DNA of 47,785 nucleotides, counting the filler, from Catajapyx aquilonaris (taxonomy: Eukaryota), in the NCBI GenBank assembly GCA_000934665.2. It is 2 parts of 2 records of this genome, joined end to end, with 100 filler letters (N's around TTAATTAATTAA, not from the genome) between each part and the next. Parts side by side here need not be neighbours in the genome. Positions count along the whole stretch, not along the records: positions 22,431 to 47,785 come from JYFJ02005912.1; 1 more part is not named here. One strand, 5' to 3'. The translations under genes were made by a program, and so were the position numbers. The notes beneath the pieces were generated by a model, which saw only the letters and a program-made list of their open reading frames with translations, was not told where the DNA came from and did not search any database. Of this stretch, positions 28,038 to 40,488 are shown piece after piece; within the stretch, counting starts at the first letter, position 1; each line of letters opens with the position of its first letter.

Positions 28038-28292
28038 TTATGAAATTTATGTTTCCATAAGCTAGCGTGACATTCAATGTAGTGTAACTTAATCTATTGT
28101 ATTATGGTGTGCTACTAATTTGGTAATAAAGGAATCACTACAATGTTATGAAGGGAAAGACTGAGTAAGCATTTAATTTCCACCCACTGTCATCTGCAAT
28201 TCTATGTAATATAACAATATTCCGTCAGTAATCGGAGTGAGTCAAAATGGTGCAGCAGAGAAAAGTCCTGAAGTGCGGAACGATCACTAATA

Positions 28293-28450
28293 CCGTAGAA
28301 GAACCTGGGCTCGAAAAAATTAGAACCAGTTCGATTACATAAAACAGTTTATTTGCAAAGCTGTGATGAGTAAAAAAAATGGAAGCCCAACTGCAAGGCG
28401 TGCATCCGTCTTCTTCAGGACAACAGATCATCAAAATAATTTAAAAGGGC
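28293..28450. repeat. Dispersed non-coding duplicate, copy 1 (copy 2 at about 44474-44640)
   Basis: ccgtagaagaacctg.gctc.aaaaaat.agaaccagttcgattacataaaacagtttatttgcaaagctgtgatgagtaaaaaaaat is near-identical at both sites. Confidence 0.9.
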
Positions 28451-28578
28451 ATAGGCGAACTGATGTTCACCGTTACTATTTCATCTCTTTTTTCCAGACA
28501 TTGTCCAGTTTAGTAGGCAAGATGGTGTATGCGGTATTGGCAAGTGTCCCACTGTAGAGGATATATCTTTTTTCCTTT

Positions 28579-31500
28579 TCATTTCAGTTTGGCCACAGAT
28601 GGCACGAGCCCTTTTGAAACTTGTGGGTATATGAAAATACCCAGTGTGAACACACCTGACCACACAGTGATTGCCACAAAACCAGGCCACACCCCTGAAT
28701 GCAGTATCCCCCACCCTCGACTGATTATGCTCCTGGATGCATCGTATGCCAAGGTGCTGACCATACCCTTGCACAACCATCTCAACCAGGGCCGACTGAT
28801 GCCTTCCAGGGGCCACAACAGACCGCTTAAGAACATGTTGGGCAAGGTGAGAGCAAAAAACACCACAACTAAAGCTCCGATATTCTGGGTCCTCTGCGCT
28901 GCCAAGCAACCCAGAATGAATCCACATAATCCTTGCAAGAACAATATACAAAACAACCACACCCAATTAGCCGTTACACTCACTCCAAGATACAACCACA
29001 TAACTCCCAGGGCACTTAGAGTATGGGCCATCATCATACTTGTGCCAAATGTTACAAATGCACAGAACTCCTGCTTGGTGCTGACTCCTGCAATGAGAAT
29101 GGAGATTACCAAAGAATTATCCAAAGTTTCCACAATTTTTGCGCATAGTGTCATACCTGATGTTCTAGCCCGTTGGGGAACACCAGACATTCGTGCCATT
29201 ATTAGCTTGCCAGCTGCAAACCCGAGTGATCCTGAAAATATCGTCCTGCAAACAAGTGACAAAAGTAAGGATCAAGTGCGTCATGAAGGATATGTCAGGG
29301 TGATTATCAGCCTGAAAGGAGAACGACTATTCAAAATAATGTAAGCACCCCAATATGATAAAACACGATTTTCCACTGGTGATGAAGGTGTTGATTTAGC
29401 ATTGGAAGAAAGTGATGAACTAAAACTTGAATCGCCAAATAGTGATGTCATGAAGTAATATTGTGTTATTATGGAGTGTTGACAGAGCAATATAAAAATT
29501 GCAGAGTACGTACAGTGTTGCAATTCCTGGTGCTACATACTCTTGAACCGATATGTCGTTGCTTCCGTAGATTGGCTGGCCAAAGTCGATTGGCGCAGAT
29601 GTCAGTGCTGTAAAGTCTTTGCAGGAAGATGCCACTTGATTCAAGGCTATCATGCGCATTACCACCAATGACATCTGCGCATCTGTCGAGAATAGGATAT
29701 TCTTTTTTTCTGTGAGGATGTGTAGGCCTACATCGTAATTTAGGCCTCTAAAGACAAAATTCTGCGCTTCATGAACAAAATAATATATGTTGTTGAAAAG
29801 CCACATAAAATTACACTGAATTATAAATTTTATGCATGCAACCGAGCATGCAACATGATAAATATGACGAAGTCATAAAGCGTAATGAAATCAAGTCACT
29901 CACTAGTCATGTCCATATTTATTTTGACTCTTGAATTGACTAGGGATCCATTATCTGCATCTAACCCGAGGGAGAATCGGGACTGAACACTTGAAGAATA
30001 GTTGGATGGAAATGAAATTAGTCCCCAAGCATTCCCTTTCCTGATTGATTCTATTGCTGTTACTTCGTCATCATAAGGGACCTGCGTTGTGACAAGAAAA
30101 TAATTGTACATGACATATCGATACTAACATTGGCAAATTCTTATGTTATTATGTTCACAAACTGACCAGTCGAAGCATGTTGTGATCCAAGTTCTTTATG
30201 AATGTGCAACTCAAATTCTGATAACTGCATCCACGTTGAGGTTGGCATATTGGCTCAGTGGGCCACTCATTGTTGACCACTGCGAAGGGCAGATCTTTCG
30301 GGTCGCCACCCACATACATGCAGTACATCAGCGTCAAAATTGGAGGCGTTAAGCATACGAGTAGAAAAACACTGAGGAAAAAATTACAACATTACTTGTT
30401 CAATGTAGCACTTGATGTAGCACGCAATTTAACCTACTAGATATTTCCTCGCACCCATTTCATGTCCATGTACAGCGTAGCACGATAACTGCTCAATGGA
30501 GATTTGTTATCTTCATATTTCCTTGCTTTGGGAACTGGAGCTGTGCTTGCATTGTCAAACAATGAGACCTGTTTATTCTGATCCCTACCAGCTGCGATGG
30601 ACATTTTGTTAGCCCCACTCCTGTCATCCTCCAGACAGAGGCTCAGAAACACCCCCTCCAGAGTCTGAGAGTGGTACATCCTCATGAGGGACGTGGGTGA
30701 ATCCTCTTCCAGGAGACGACCACTCCTCATCATGCCAACCACCTGGGCATGACGGGCCTCCTCCATGTAATGGGTGGTCAGGATTATTGTGGTCTTGCTC
30801 ACCGAGGCCAGCTCACGCAGGTGAGACCAAATGCTGAAAGTATTGTTCATATGAATGTATATCTACAAAAAGGAGGATAATTTATTATGATCGGATTATA
30901 CCAGTACATAGATTGTTGTATAGGGATGTTTATCAGTGAAAATAATACGAAATGTTACAGTACAGTACTGGTAAATCTCACGGGTTTGCTTTACATTTCA
31001 TGTCTTCTAGCCCTAGTGCTGGAAACCTGAGTTAAACATAATTTGAGAAGGGTTTAAACAACTCTAAATCATGCCATGATTTTAATGACGTCACTATTTC
31101 TTAGAAACTAATAACAATGAAATATATTTTGCACACTATCCGAATGCTTTCCTGCAATATTGCACAACCAGTAAAAATCGAAATATTGAACCGTAAAACA
31201 AAAACTGTTTACGAGTATGTCACCTAATGAGTTTTTGTGCCAATATCCACATGCTGGTGTGCATCGTTTGATGTCAAGATCATTGATGATAAGATTTATT
31301 ATTTTGCATACAAACTATGGTGATAATTGTATTCAGTGTAGACTGTAGAGATATTGACAATAATAATTCTGAAAAGAGTGAAATGGTATGGAATTCTGAC
31401 AGAAGGTGGTAAGTTTCATTTTTGAATGCAGTATGGTACATTGAAGCCAATAATCTGGATTAGAAAATTATTGCATAACTCTTAGATTTGAATCCCACAG

Positions 31501-32652
31501 TAGATTCATTATTACCCCCCTGAAGATGTACAGTACAACATAAGTGCAATAATTATACTCGTATGTTAGTTGTTTAAGAAGGAAATGTGAAACCCTTCTA
31601 AAATTGATTTCAGTTACCAAGATTTCACCCTTAAATTTCAGTTCTTTAGGTTAACAGTCCATGTGTATAAAGTAGGCAACTAGAAAATCATCGATGTCTT
31701 GCATGGTGCCGGCCCGAATGGGTCGGTGCCCCCCAGCCTCATTGTTGCAGTCCAATATCGCTCGCATATAATTCATGTTAACTGTAAAGAGCTCGTGGAA
31801 CTTACGCTTGTCTAACAAGAGGATCCACGCCCACAGTTGGTTCGTCCAGAATTAGTATTTCCGGCTCGTTTAACAATGCCAAACACAAGGAGACACGCTT
31901 TTGTTGTCCGCCACTGCATGGAGATTTAAAATATTTGAATAGTCTTACGATGTGTAAAAATAAAAGGGCCTATTTCCATCTTGAAACATAGATAATGACC
32001 ATGCAGTAGGCCTGATCTTGTGTAATGTTTTCACAATAATTCCTTCAGTACATCTTTACCTTGAGAGAATAATTTTGTCACCTGAGTGTGTGAATGAGCC
32101 TGTCCTTGTGCGGCAATTGGAGGAATTTGATGAGAAAGGCCATCCTGGAGTGGATGTCTTCCTGTGACATTCCGTGGACCATCCCGAAGTAAGTGACCAT
32201 CTCCCGAATGGAGCACTCCAGATAGAGCCCCTTGTCCTGGGGCATGTAGCCCAGCCTGGACCCGGGCACACCAGACTCCTTGCTCCCAGGAGGGTGGCCA
32301 AATATGCGGATTGTCCCGTGGTCCAACTCTTGCTGACCAACAATGCAGGTCAGAAGGGTCGTCTTCCCGCATCCACTGGCTCCAAGCAAGGCGTATCTGA
32401 GACCATTGAACATGTAGTTTAAAGTTATGCACAGAACTACACACTTTTGACGTTAAGGAGATATAGGGTGGCAATATTCATCTTATATTGAGCAAAATTA
32501 AAGAATGTCATGACTTACATGGTTCCCTCTTGAACAGTCATGTCTAGTTTCATGAGCACAGGACTTTTCTTATTTCCAATTTTGTAAGACTTCCAGGCAT
32601 TTTTCACTATCAGAGCTTCTGATACGTCCGCACTTTGTGAGCTGCCTTCCAT
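28579..32652 (-). CDS. ABCH-family half transporter, copy B (start codon tentative)
   Basis: Same exon structure with all NBD motifs; terminal exon with SGLLWPLEG...PWLR...[10 protein letters not shown]...VWPGF. Confidence 0.9.
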
Positions 32653-32880
32653 CGTCTGTAAAAAAATGTACCATCATAGTGTTCATACACTGCACACTGG
32701 GCATAGAGTGTACTGTATGTCATGTCTAAAAAGTTTCGGACTAATGTCCACCTTGACCGTGATGCTAGAATATTGACGGTTACTGTAAGGTGTAGGCTAC
32801 TGTATAGCACCATTCAACGTGTGCCCATAACTTTTACAGATACCCATGCAGAAAACCAGACTCATTGTAGGTTTTGTTCA

Positions 32881-32971
32881 GAAGGTGAAGGTGTCTTTCA
32901 GTAGAATATTTTTGAACACAATACGCCGTATAGTGTTCAAAAATATCCTACTGAAAGACACCTTCACCTTC
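32881..32971. repeat. 39-bp inverted repeat hairpin (1 mismatch, 13-nt spacer)
   Basis: gaaggtgaaggtgtctttcagtagaatatttttgaacac / gtgttcaaaaatatcctactgaaagacaccttcaccttc. Confidence 0.95.
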
Positions 32972-34210
32972 GTCACAATAAAAAGTTATACCGTATACTG
33001 ACGATAATGGTGGATTATACGTACTATTAAAATACAGTTTGTTCACTCTATGAGATTAGCTTTGACTGGGGTTATGTACGGATATTTTTGGTTGTCTGAC
33101 AGTCTTGCAAGAAACTTTGGAATAAAGAGCCTCCCCATTGTAAGTAACTGAGTTGGTTCCACCAGGTTTACTTTTTTTAACCTACGTTATGTAACTTTTT
33201 GTTGCATCGCATCTCTCAGGCACAAACTGGTTTTGTTATGGTAACTTTCTCTGTAATAAACCCTAGATGTTCTCTTAGAAAACACATTGTCGTGACCTTG
33301 GGATGAGTGGGAATGACCATAATGTGAAGAATGCTCCCCATTCTATGACTATGACAAAGCTTGGCTTCTGTGTATCCCAATGTGTTAAAACCCCTAACTT
33401 TTAAGAAATAAATAAGGTTCGTACTTCAAAGGGTTCAAATGTGTCATAAGTTAATAACATGTTGAGAAGGAAAATATCACGTCAAGGACAGCAACTATTA
33501 TACAGTTGCAATGACATTAATGGCAATTTACGATAAGCTTAAACGCCCATATTACATACGTACAAGGTCAACTCAATACCAATCACACTTGTATTTTTAT
33601 TTTTATTGAACTTGTCGAGAGGATACAGCCAACTAAAGAAGACATTTTTGTTCCTCTGGGAATAATTAGAAGCAATAAATTTTTCTACTGTAAAATGGCC
33701 AATGCACAGTTTAGATTAAAATTGCATGGTAACTCCTCATTGTTGTAATTGAATAAGTTATGTGATTCACGTCTGCCAGTATATTATTTTACCTGTTCGA
33801 AGTCCATTATCTCGGTAATGAGGTTGTGGAGATCACTCTACGAATGTTGTTGGTGCCAGCTAGTGCCCAATAACAATACAGTAGTACCATCCAGAATTAC
33901 ACTATTTATTGGTGCTTACTTGGTCATAGCCAACTAACGACTGTAACTTTTCCACGCCAATCCTACAGTCTACTAGCAAGGTCTCAGCCTTGAGTCGCTA
34001 GCCGTTTGGGGGGGGGGGGGGGGTTTTAAATTAANTTGAAATTGAAAGTGCATAGCTTTGGCTGTTGTCTCTATGCCCCATTTGAAGTGATTTTATTCAG
34101 ACTTCACCAGGTGTACAAAGTATTGCTCGTAACGATGCGATGGAAGCATTTTATTTATTCACTTACGGACTTGGTGAAGTGGCATGGCCATGTTTTACAC
34201 TTTAAGATTT

Positions 34211-36306
34211 TCATTTAAAAAAATTTCTCCTTCTCAGTAATCGCATTTTGGATACTTTGGGATACATGAAAATACCAAGTGTGAACACTCCCATCCACAC
34301 AATAGAGGCGACAAACCCAGGCCAGACTCCTGGATGCAATAACCCCCACCCTCGACTGATTATGCTTCTGGATGCATCATAAGCCAAGGTGCTAAACATA
34401 CACTTGCAGATCCATCTCAACCAGGGCTGACTGATGCCTTCCAGAGGCCACAACACACCGCTCATGTAAAAATTCAAAATTGCAAGGGTAAATACTAGCA
34501 AAATAAAAGACCCTATGCTGTGGATCATTAGAGATGTGCAATATCCCATGGTAAATCCAAGCAATCCTTGAAAAAGCAAAATGCAAAACATCAACACCCA
34601 ATTGTATGATATCTTCAGTCCCAGGTATAATCTGATAGTTTCCAGACCAATCACTAGCTGCATCAGCGTTAAAACCAAGCCGAAGGAAAAATATCCGAAG
34701 AAATCCTGCCGAGTATTCATTCCTGAAAGGAAGCAACGTAAATATGCGACTTCCAAGAACAAAAGGGAACAAATGTTCCGTATTAAGGGATGGTCGTGTG
34801 CTTTGACCATTGCAGTATATTTCATGGTATGGTGATAATGCTTCCACTATACCTGCTATTGCGGCACGTTTCGGCACACCCGACGAGTGTGTCAGTATTA
34901 ATTTTCCACCTGATCCCGCCATTGCTATTCCAATCACTATGCTGCAAGAGAAAGAAAATGCCTGACACAACCAGAATATCCTAATTTATGGGATTATTTT
35001 AAGCCAGAGAGAGAAACCGGTATACTGTAGGTCATTTCAGTCATTCACCGTGGGGAATGAACGGGATAATGTCTGGATGTACTTAATATTCTTACAGAAT
35101 TAGAATTCCTGGTGCTACATATTCCTGATATGATATATCATTGCTTCCATATATTGGCTTTCCAAAATTTACTGGCAATAAAGTCAATGCACTGACATTC
35201 TTGCATGATGTTGGCATTTGCTTCAATATTGTCATGCGCATTACTAGCAGGGAGATGGGTATATCTGTTGAGAAAAAAGGAGATGCATTTTACAATATTA
35301 ATTTTCACAAGGTTCTGCTTTTGCGAAAAAGAAAGTGTTTCTTGATTGAGTTGATCTCTGTCTGTTAAAAATTTCTCTTGAAATTACTAGTCGCAGCAAG
35401 AGCTAATAAGTTATTAGCTCTTGGTCGCAGTTATCGCTAATAAAATTATATTTGAAAGTCGCGTGTGACTAACTTATTCTTGGAGTTGCGAAAACCTGGG
35501 AATGAAGGTGGAAAATCTTCAATTTTCTGTTTCACAAAATGTTGGTATGGCAATGGAAACATTCCTGAATTGAAATTTTAATGTAAGAAACTAAGGAAGA
35601 TTATTATGCCTGATCTTCAAACAATCTAGCTAAAATGTGCGAATGAATTTTTCCCATGGAAATCCCCATTTGATATTTTGTCACAGGTGCAACTAAACAT
35701 TCAAAATAACTACATTTTGTGAAATCTCTCTTAGTGTACAAGTTACTGATCAGCACTCACTGGTCATGTCCATATTAATTTTGATTCTTGAGTTGACCAG
35801 AGATCCATTGTCTGCATCTGATCCAAGCAAGAATCGAGACTTAATACTTGAAGAGTAGTTGGCTGGAAATGAAATGAGTCCCCAAGCATCCCCTTTCCTG
35901 ATGGATTCAATTGCCTTTTCCTCATCATCATATGGGACCTGCATTGTGACATAAGGAAGAAAAAATAATGATGGAGGGCATATTGATAATAACATTGTCA
36001 AATTCAGACTGACCAGGCGAAGCATGTTGTGATCTAGGTTATCTATGTAGGTGCAACTCAAATTCTGGTAGCTGCATGTGAGTTGAGGTTGGCATATGGG
36101 TTCAGTGGGCCATTCATTGTTGACCACTGCGAAGGGCAGATCTTTTGGATCACCCCCAACAAACATGCAGAACATCAGCGTTATAATTGAAGGTTGTAAG
36201 CTAATGACTAGAAAAGAACTGAGGATGACATTAAAATTAAAACAGAAGGACCGGACGTATTGTTAGTTAGGTCTAATACGCTTAGCAGTACATTTCAGAG
36301 ATGAAA

Positions 36307-36386
<80 letters not shown>

Positions 36387-39300
36387 GCACACTTGCACGG
36401 ATATAAGAAGCACTGAAGGAAAGTCCTCCAGTCTTCTAAAACCAGAGTAGTGATCACTACAGTTAAATGTAGCAAGCAATCAATTTAACTTACAAGATGT
36501 TTCTTCTCAGCCATTTCCCTTCCATGTACAGTGAAGCAAGAAAACTGCTCAATGGAGGGATGTTGTCTTCATATTTCCTTGCTTTGGGAACTGGAGTCGT
36601 GCTTGTATTGCCATACAATGAGACCAGTTTATTCTGATCCCTACCAGTTGTGACATACATTTGGTGATTTTGGTCAACCCCACTCCTGTCATCCTCCAGG
36701 CAGAGGCTCAGAAACACCCCCTCCAGAGTCTGAGAGTGGTACATCCTCATGAGGGACGTGGGTGAATCCTCGGCCAGGAGACGACCACTCCTCATCATGC
36801 CAACCACCTGGGCATGACGGGCCTCCTCCATGTAATGGGTGGTCAGGATTATCGTGGTCTTGCTCACCGAGGCCAGTTCACGTAGGTGGAACCAGATACT
36901 GAAAAGTATGCCTTCAAAGGTACAGTAGGGTAAAGTAAGGTTGGATGGCAAATTTTCCAAGCAATTTTTTTACGAGGTTAGGTTCACCATTTTAACCAAA
37001 GTTTTGGGCCAATATCATTTTTCAAATATCCTTCACCATAAGTAAATAATTACAGAAAGCAAATAAGCAATACATTATATGTTAATTAACTTCTAAATTT
37101 CAGCTGCAAATAGTACGATTTTTCAAAACAGTAGGTTGAATGGCAAGCCCATCAGGTTGAATGGCAAAGTGTAAGGTTACATGTCAATTTATTAGGTCTA
37201 TCAGAAATAATAATCACTATTAATTATTAATTTCTTCGTTTTATTTATTGTCACATATGCACATAGCACATAATCCTACCTATGGACTTGTTTCTTACCT
37301 TTAATCTCACCCAGAGGAAGAATAGTTTTCTGCAGTTTTACTGCCTATTTTTATTTAATTCTTTTCATCATCAGAATAAAGTGAAAACCTGCTGATGCCC
37401 CCCCTTTCGTCCCAAAATGTTTCCCCCCTTCAACCTCCTGTGGGGGAAGTGGGCTCCAGACTGGGACCCCCCCTCCCAAGTATATCCGGTCTCGGTACAG
37501 AAAGGGAGCGAGAGCCACAAAACTGACACTTTCGAAATCGCCTTGTAGCTCAAAAAGTAAAGGTTTTTCTCAAAAAAGGTAGGCAGGAGGGCACCCCTTG
37601 GGAACATTGCGGTTCGAATAACACATTGGATGACCCTCTACGACGCACCGTTTAGGCTGTACCCTGGTGCGACTAGCGACACTTTTTTGAACTTTGACCC
37701 CGGCTAATGACCCCGGTAATGGCCCTAGTTGTTGTTTATCTATCTAAAGTTTGAAACAGTAGTGAGCGGAGTGTAAATCTTGTTTCAGATTTGAAATCGA
37801 TTAACCCGATCACGAGTTATGAAGTCGGGAAAATAGCATTGGGATCGTAGCGATTCCATACTATTCGTTTTTGGCGGGCGCCGCTTCGCGGCGCAACCGG
37901 CAGGTGCAGTTGCCGGGCCCGGGAATAGAAAAATGAGTGCCTCCATGACAGGTGCAACCTTAAAAATTTGCCAACTTTGTTAAGGCCTGTACGAGCGCTA
38001 TTGTGAATTTTTCAAAACTATGTTTAGTCACAATTGTTCTTTAAGCTTTCTAAATTGGATTCATATGCATTAAATGATGAAATACTGACTTTGTAACTCA
38101 TTATTAATCTGTTTTTGACAGTGAGGTCCGGCCGCTCTCCAGCAGACGCCAACCAATTTCCAATATGGCTTCTTCTTCGGATAATTAGGTTGTCACACAA
38201 TATATGGCAGTGAAGTATTTTTTGTAACACAGCTGGAAGGTGGCTCCACAGTATGAATAAACGGCAACTTTAGAAAGGCGCGATTTCCTAACTATTTTAA
38301 TTTAACAAAAATCTTTGCCATACAACCTGACTTGCCATCCAACATAATTTTACCCTACATGCTGAACAGTATATAATTATATAAGTCAATATTAAATAAG
38401 ATTTTTTTTCCTGTACCCCGTTATCTGGCCGATAGGCCATTTCTAGGGGGGTGGGTTACCACCATTTGTGGTTTGGAGCGATACATATACGTATTTCTAA
38501 TTGCTCCAAGGGTAATTAGGAGGGGATGTGCGAAGTGAAAGTGCAATGTCGTTATATGGTCATTTTGTGAACTCCCCCGGGTGGGTTAGTCTAGCGGATA
38601 TTCCCACCCGAAACGAAGCCAAAGATGGCCCAACTCTGCACGAAAGAAGGTGGGAATCCCGGGTGGGGATTGAACCCGGGACCTTAAATAAGAATATTTT
38701 CAAACTCTGAATTGCAAAAAAACTATTGTGAATTGCTTATTGAAAAGTCTTATTGAAGTCTCATTGCTTATTTCAAGCCATCCAAAGTCAAAGCAAAATT
38801 GATTTGTTGGAGGCTAATTGCCTTGATGTGTTAATTCCTGCTCAAATACTTGGGATTACTCCGCTGTACATTTTTTAAAGAAATTGTTTGCTGGTTAGAT
38901 TCGTGAAATTATAATAATAATCGGTGCTGGTGGCATATTTATTATTTCTCAAATAATAATACGGGTACTTTATGTAAAGCATCCAGAGCACTTACGCTTG
39001 TCTAAAAAGAGGATCCACTCCCACAGTTGGTTCGTCCAGAATCAGTATTTCTGGTTGGTGCAACAATGCCAGACACAAAGAGACACGCTTTTGTTGACCG
39101 CCGCTGTTTGGACAGATAAAATGTTATTTAATAGTCTTGCCAATTTTAGACAATAAAATGGCTTGTTACCATCATCTTGCCATCATTCAAACATACGTAA
39201 GAGCATGTGGTATATTCGTGTTCAAGGTTGTAAAGTAATTTGCCCATGGTTTCTTCAGACCTGTACACATCTTAACCTTGAGTAAATAATTTCGTCACCT

Positions 39301-40242
39301 GAGCGTGTGGATGAGCCTGTCCTTGTGCGGCAATTGGAGGAATTTGATGAGAAAGGCCATCCTGGAGTGGATGTGTTCCTGTGACATTCCGTGGACCATC
39401 CCGAAGTAAGTGACCATCTCCCGAATGGAGCACTCCAGATAGAGCCCCTTGTCCTGGGGCATGTAGCCCAGCCTGGACCCGGGCACACCAGACTCCTTGC
39501 TCCCAGGAGGGTGGCCAAATATGCGGATTGTCCCGTGGTCCAACTCTTGCTGACCAACAATGCAGGTCAGAAGGGTCGTCTTCCCGCATCCACTGGCTCC
39601 AAGCAAGGCGTATCTGAAACAATTGAGAAAGTGACAGAAATTTATGTCTATATTTATCTCACTGAGCAACCTAGGAAGATGTTTTGACTTACATGGTTCC
39701 CTCTTGAACAGTCATGTCTAGTTTCATGAGGACGGGATTTTTCTTAATTCCGCTTTCGTAAGACTTCCATGCATTTTTCACTCTCAGGGCTTCTGGCACC
39801 TCAGAAACGGCTGGTCTTGTATCAGTCCCCTATAAAAGATGACCGTTCACCGGACATTATTGTTCAATATCCTCTGCGACAAAAGGGAAGATTAGGATAG
39901 ACTTCCGGATCTGCCTACATAAGGTCTTTATATTGTAAAGTCGTCAAGAGGAAGGTACGGTTCAAGTTGATAGTGAGATGACTGTCAACCATACTACTGC
40001 AGTGTTTAAAAATCAATTTTTGGTATTTATTCAGATTGCATTGCTACTTAACGACTTGTGTAACTTTCTTTGTCCATGCCATATTAATGATGAGGTGACA
40101 AGAATGGAAATGAGCAACCGAGCCACTACAGTATTTTACAGGTAGAAAATAATTACAGCTCAATATTATGAAATACGTGGTCAAACCCGATTTCTATAAT
40201 AATTTGTAATATTACGAAGCAATGGCTTACTATACTCACCAT
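34211..40242 (-). CDS. ABCH-family half transporter, copy C
   Basis: Full exon set from an ATG-only first coding exon (40240-40242) through the NBD motifs to the terminal membrane exon ending RRRNFFK*. Confidence 0.92.
36308..36382. repeat. (AT)n microsatellite in an ABCH copy C intron
   Basis: Uninterrupted atatat tract of about 75 bp. Confidence 0.99.
36923..38358. mobile_element. Non-autonomous TIR DNA transposon remnant (pogo/Tc1-mariner-like left end TA|CAGTAGGG) in an ABCH copy C intron
   Basis: Left gtagggtaaagtaaggttggatggcaa versus reverse complement of right end gtagggtaaaattatgttggatggcaa; internal aggttgaatggcaa repeats at about 37133 and 37154, inverted at about 38314. Confidence 0.7.
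37390..37930. mobile_element. GC-richer insert nested in the above element, ending in GC hairpins (Helitron/Helentron-derivative-like)
   Basis: Abrupt GC rise; terminal palindromes gcgccgcttcgcggcgc and ccggca...tgccgg at about 37878-37915. Confidence 0.45.
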
Positions 40243-40488
40243 GATGTTTCGTCCTCTTGTGTAAAATCACAAGTAAATACTGCTCCTTGAGGCATACGCT
40301 CAGTCAATAATTTAGAGCTATCGCAAAAAACGTAATAAAGCACAAATTGCAAGCAATGCGTCTCTACCTTACGTCACGTTTTTTTATGTGCAGGGGAGGG
40401 ATAAAAAACCCCAATTGCTCGTAAAATGAGAAAAAATTTATTCTAACCCACAAAATAAACTGACAAGCTGCTAAATAACTTGCACAGC

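Noticed and set aside
28362..28464. C/D box snoRNA (GTGATGA...CTGA)
   Set aside because: The D box is not conserved in the second copy, there is no terminal stem, and it is not intronic
28529..29344. 271-aa plus-strand ORF
   Set aside because: Antisense to the ABCH copy B terminal exons and not preserved in other copies
30437..30445. Apparent premature TAG in ABCH copy B
   Set aside because: It spans the splice donor (TA|gtaggt); splicing gives TAT, matching the junction phase in the other copies
38660..38685. tRNA B-box-like ggggattgaacccgggacct
   Set aside because: No cloverleaf; at most a SINE-like fragment
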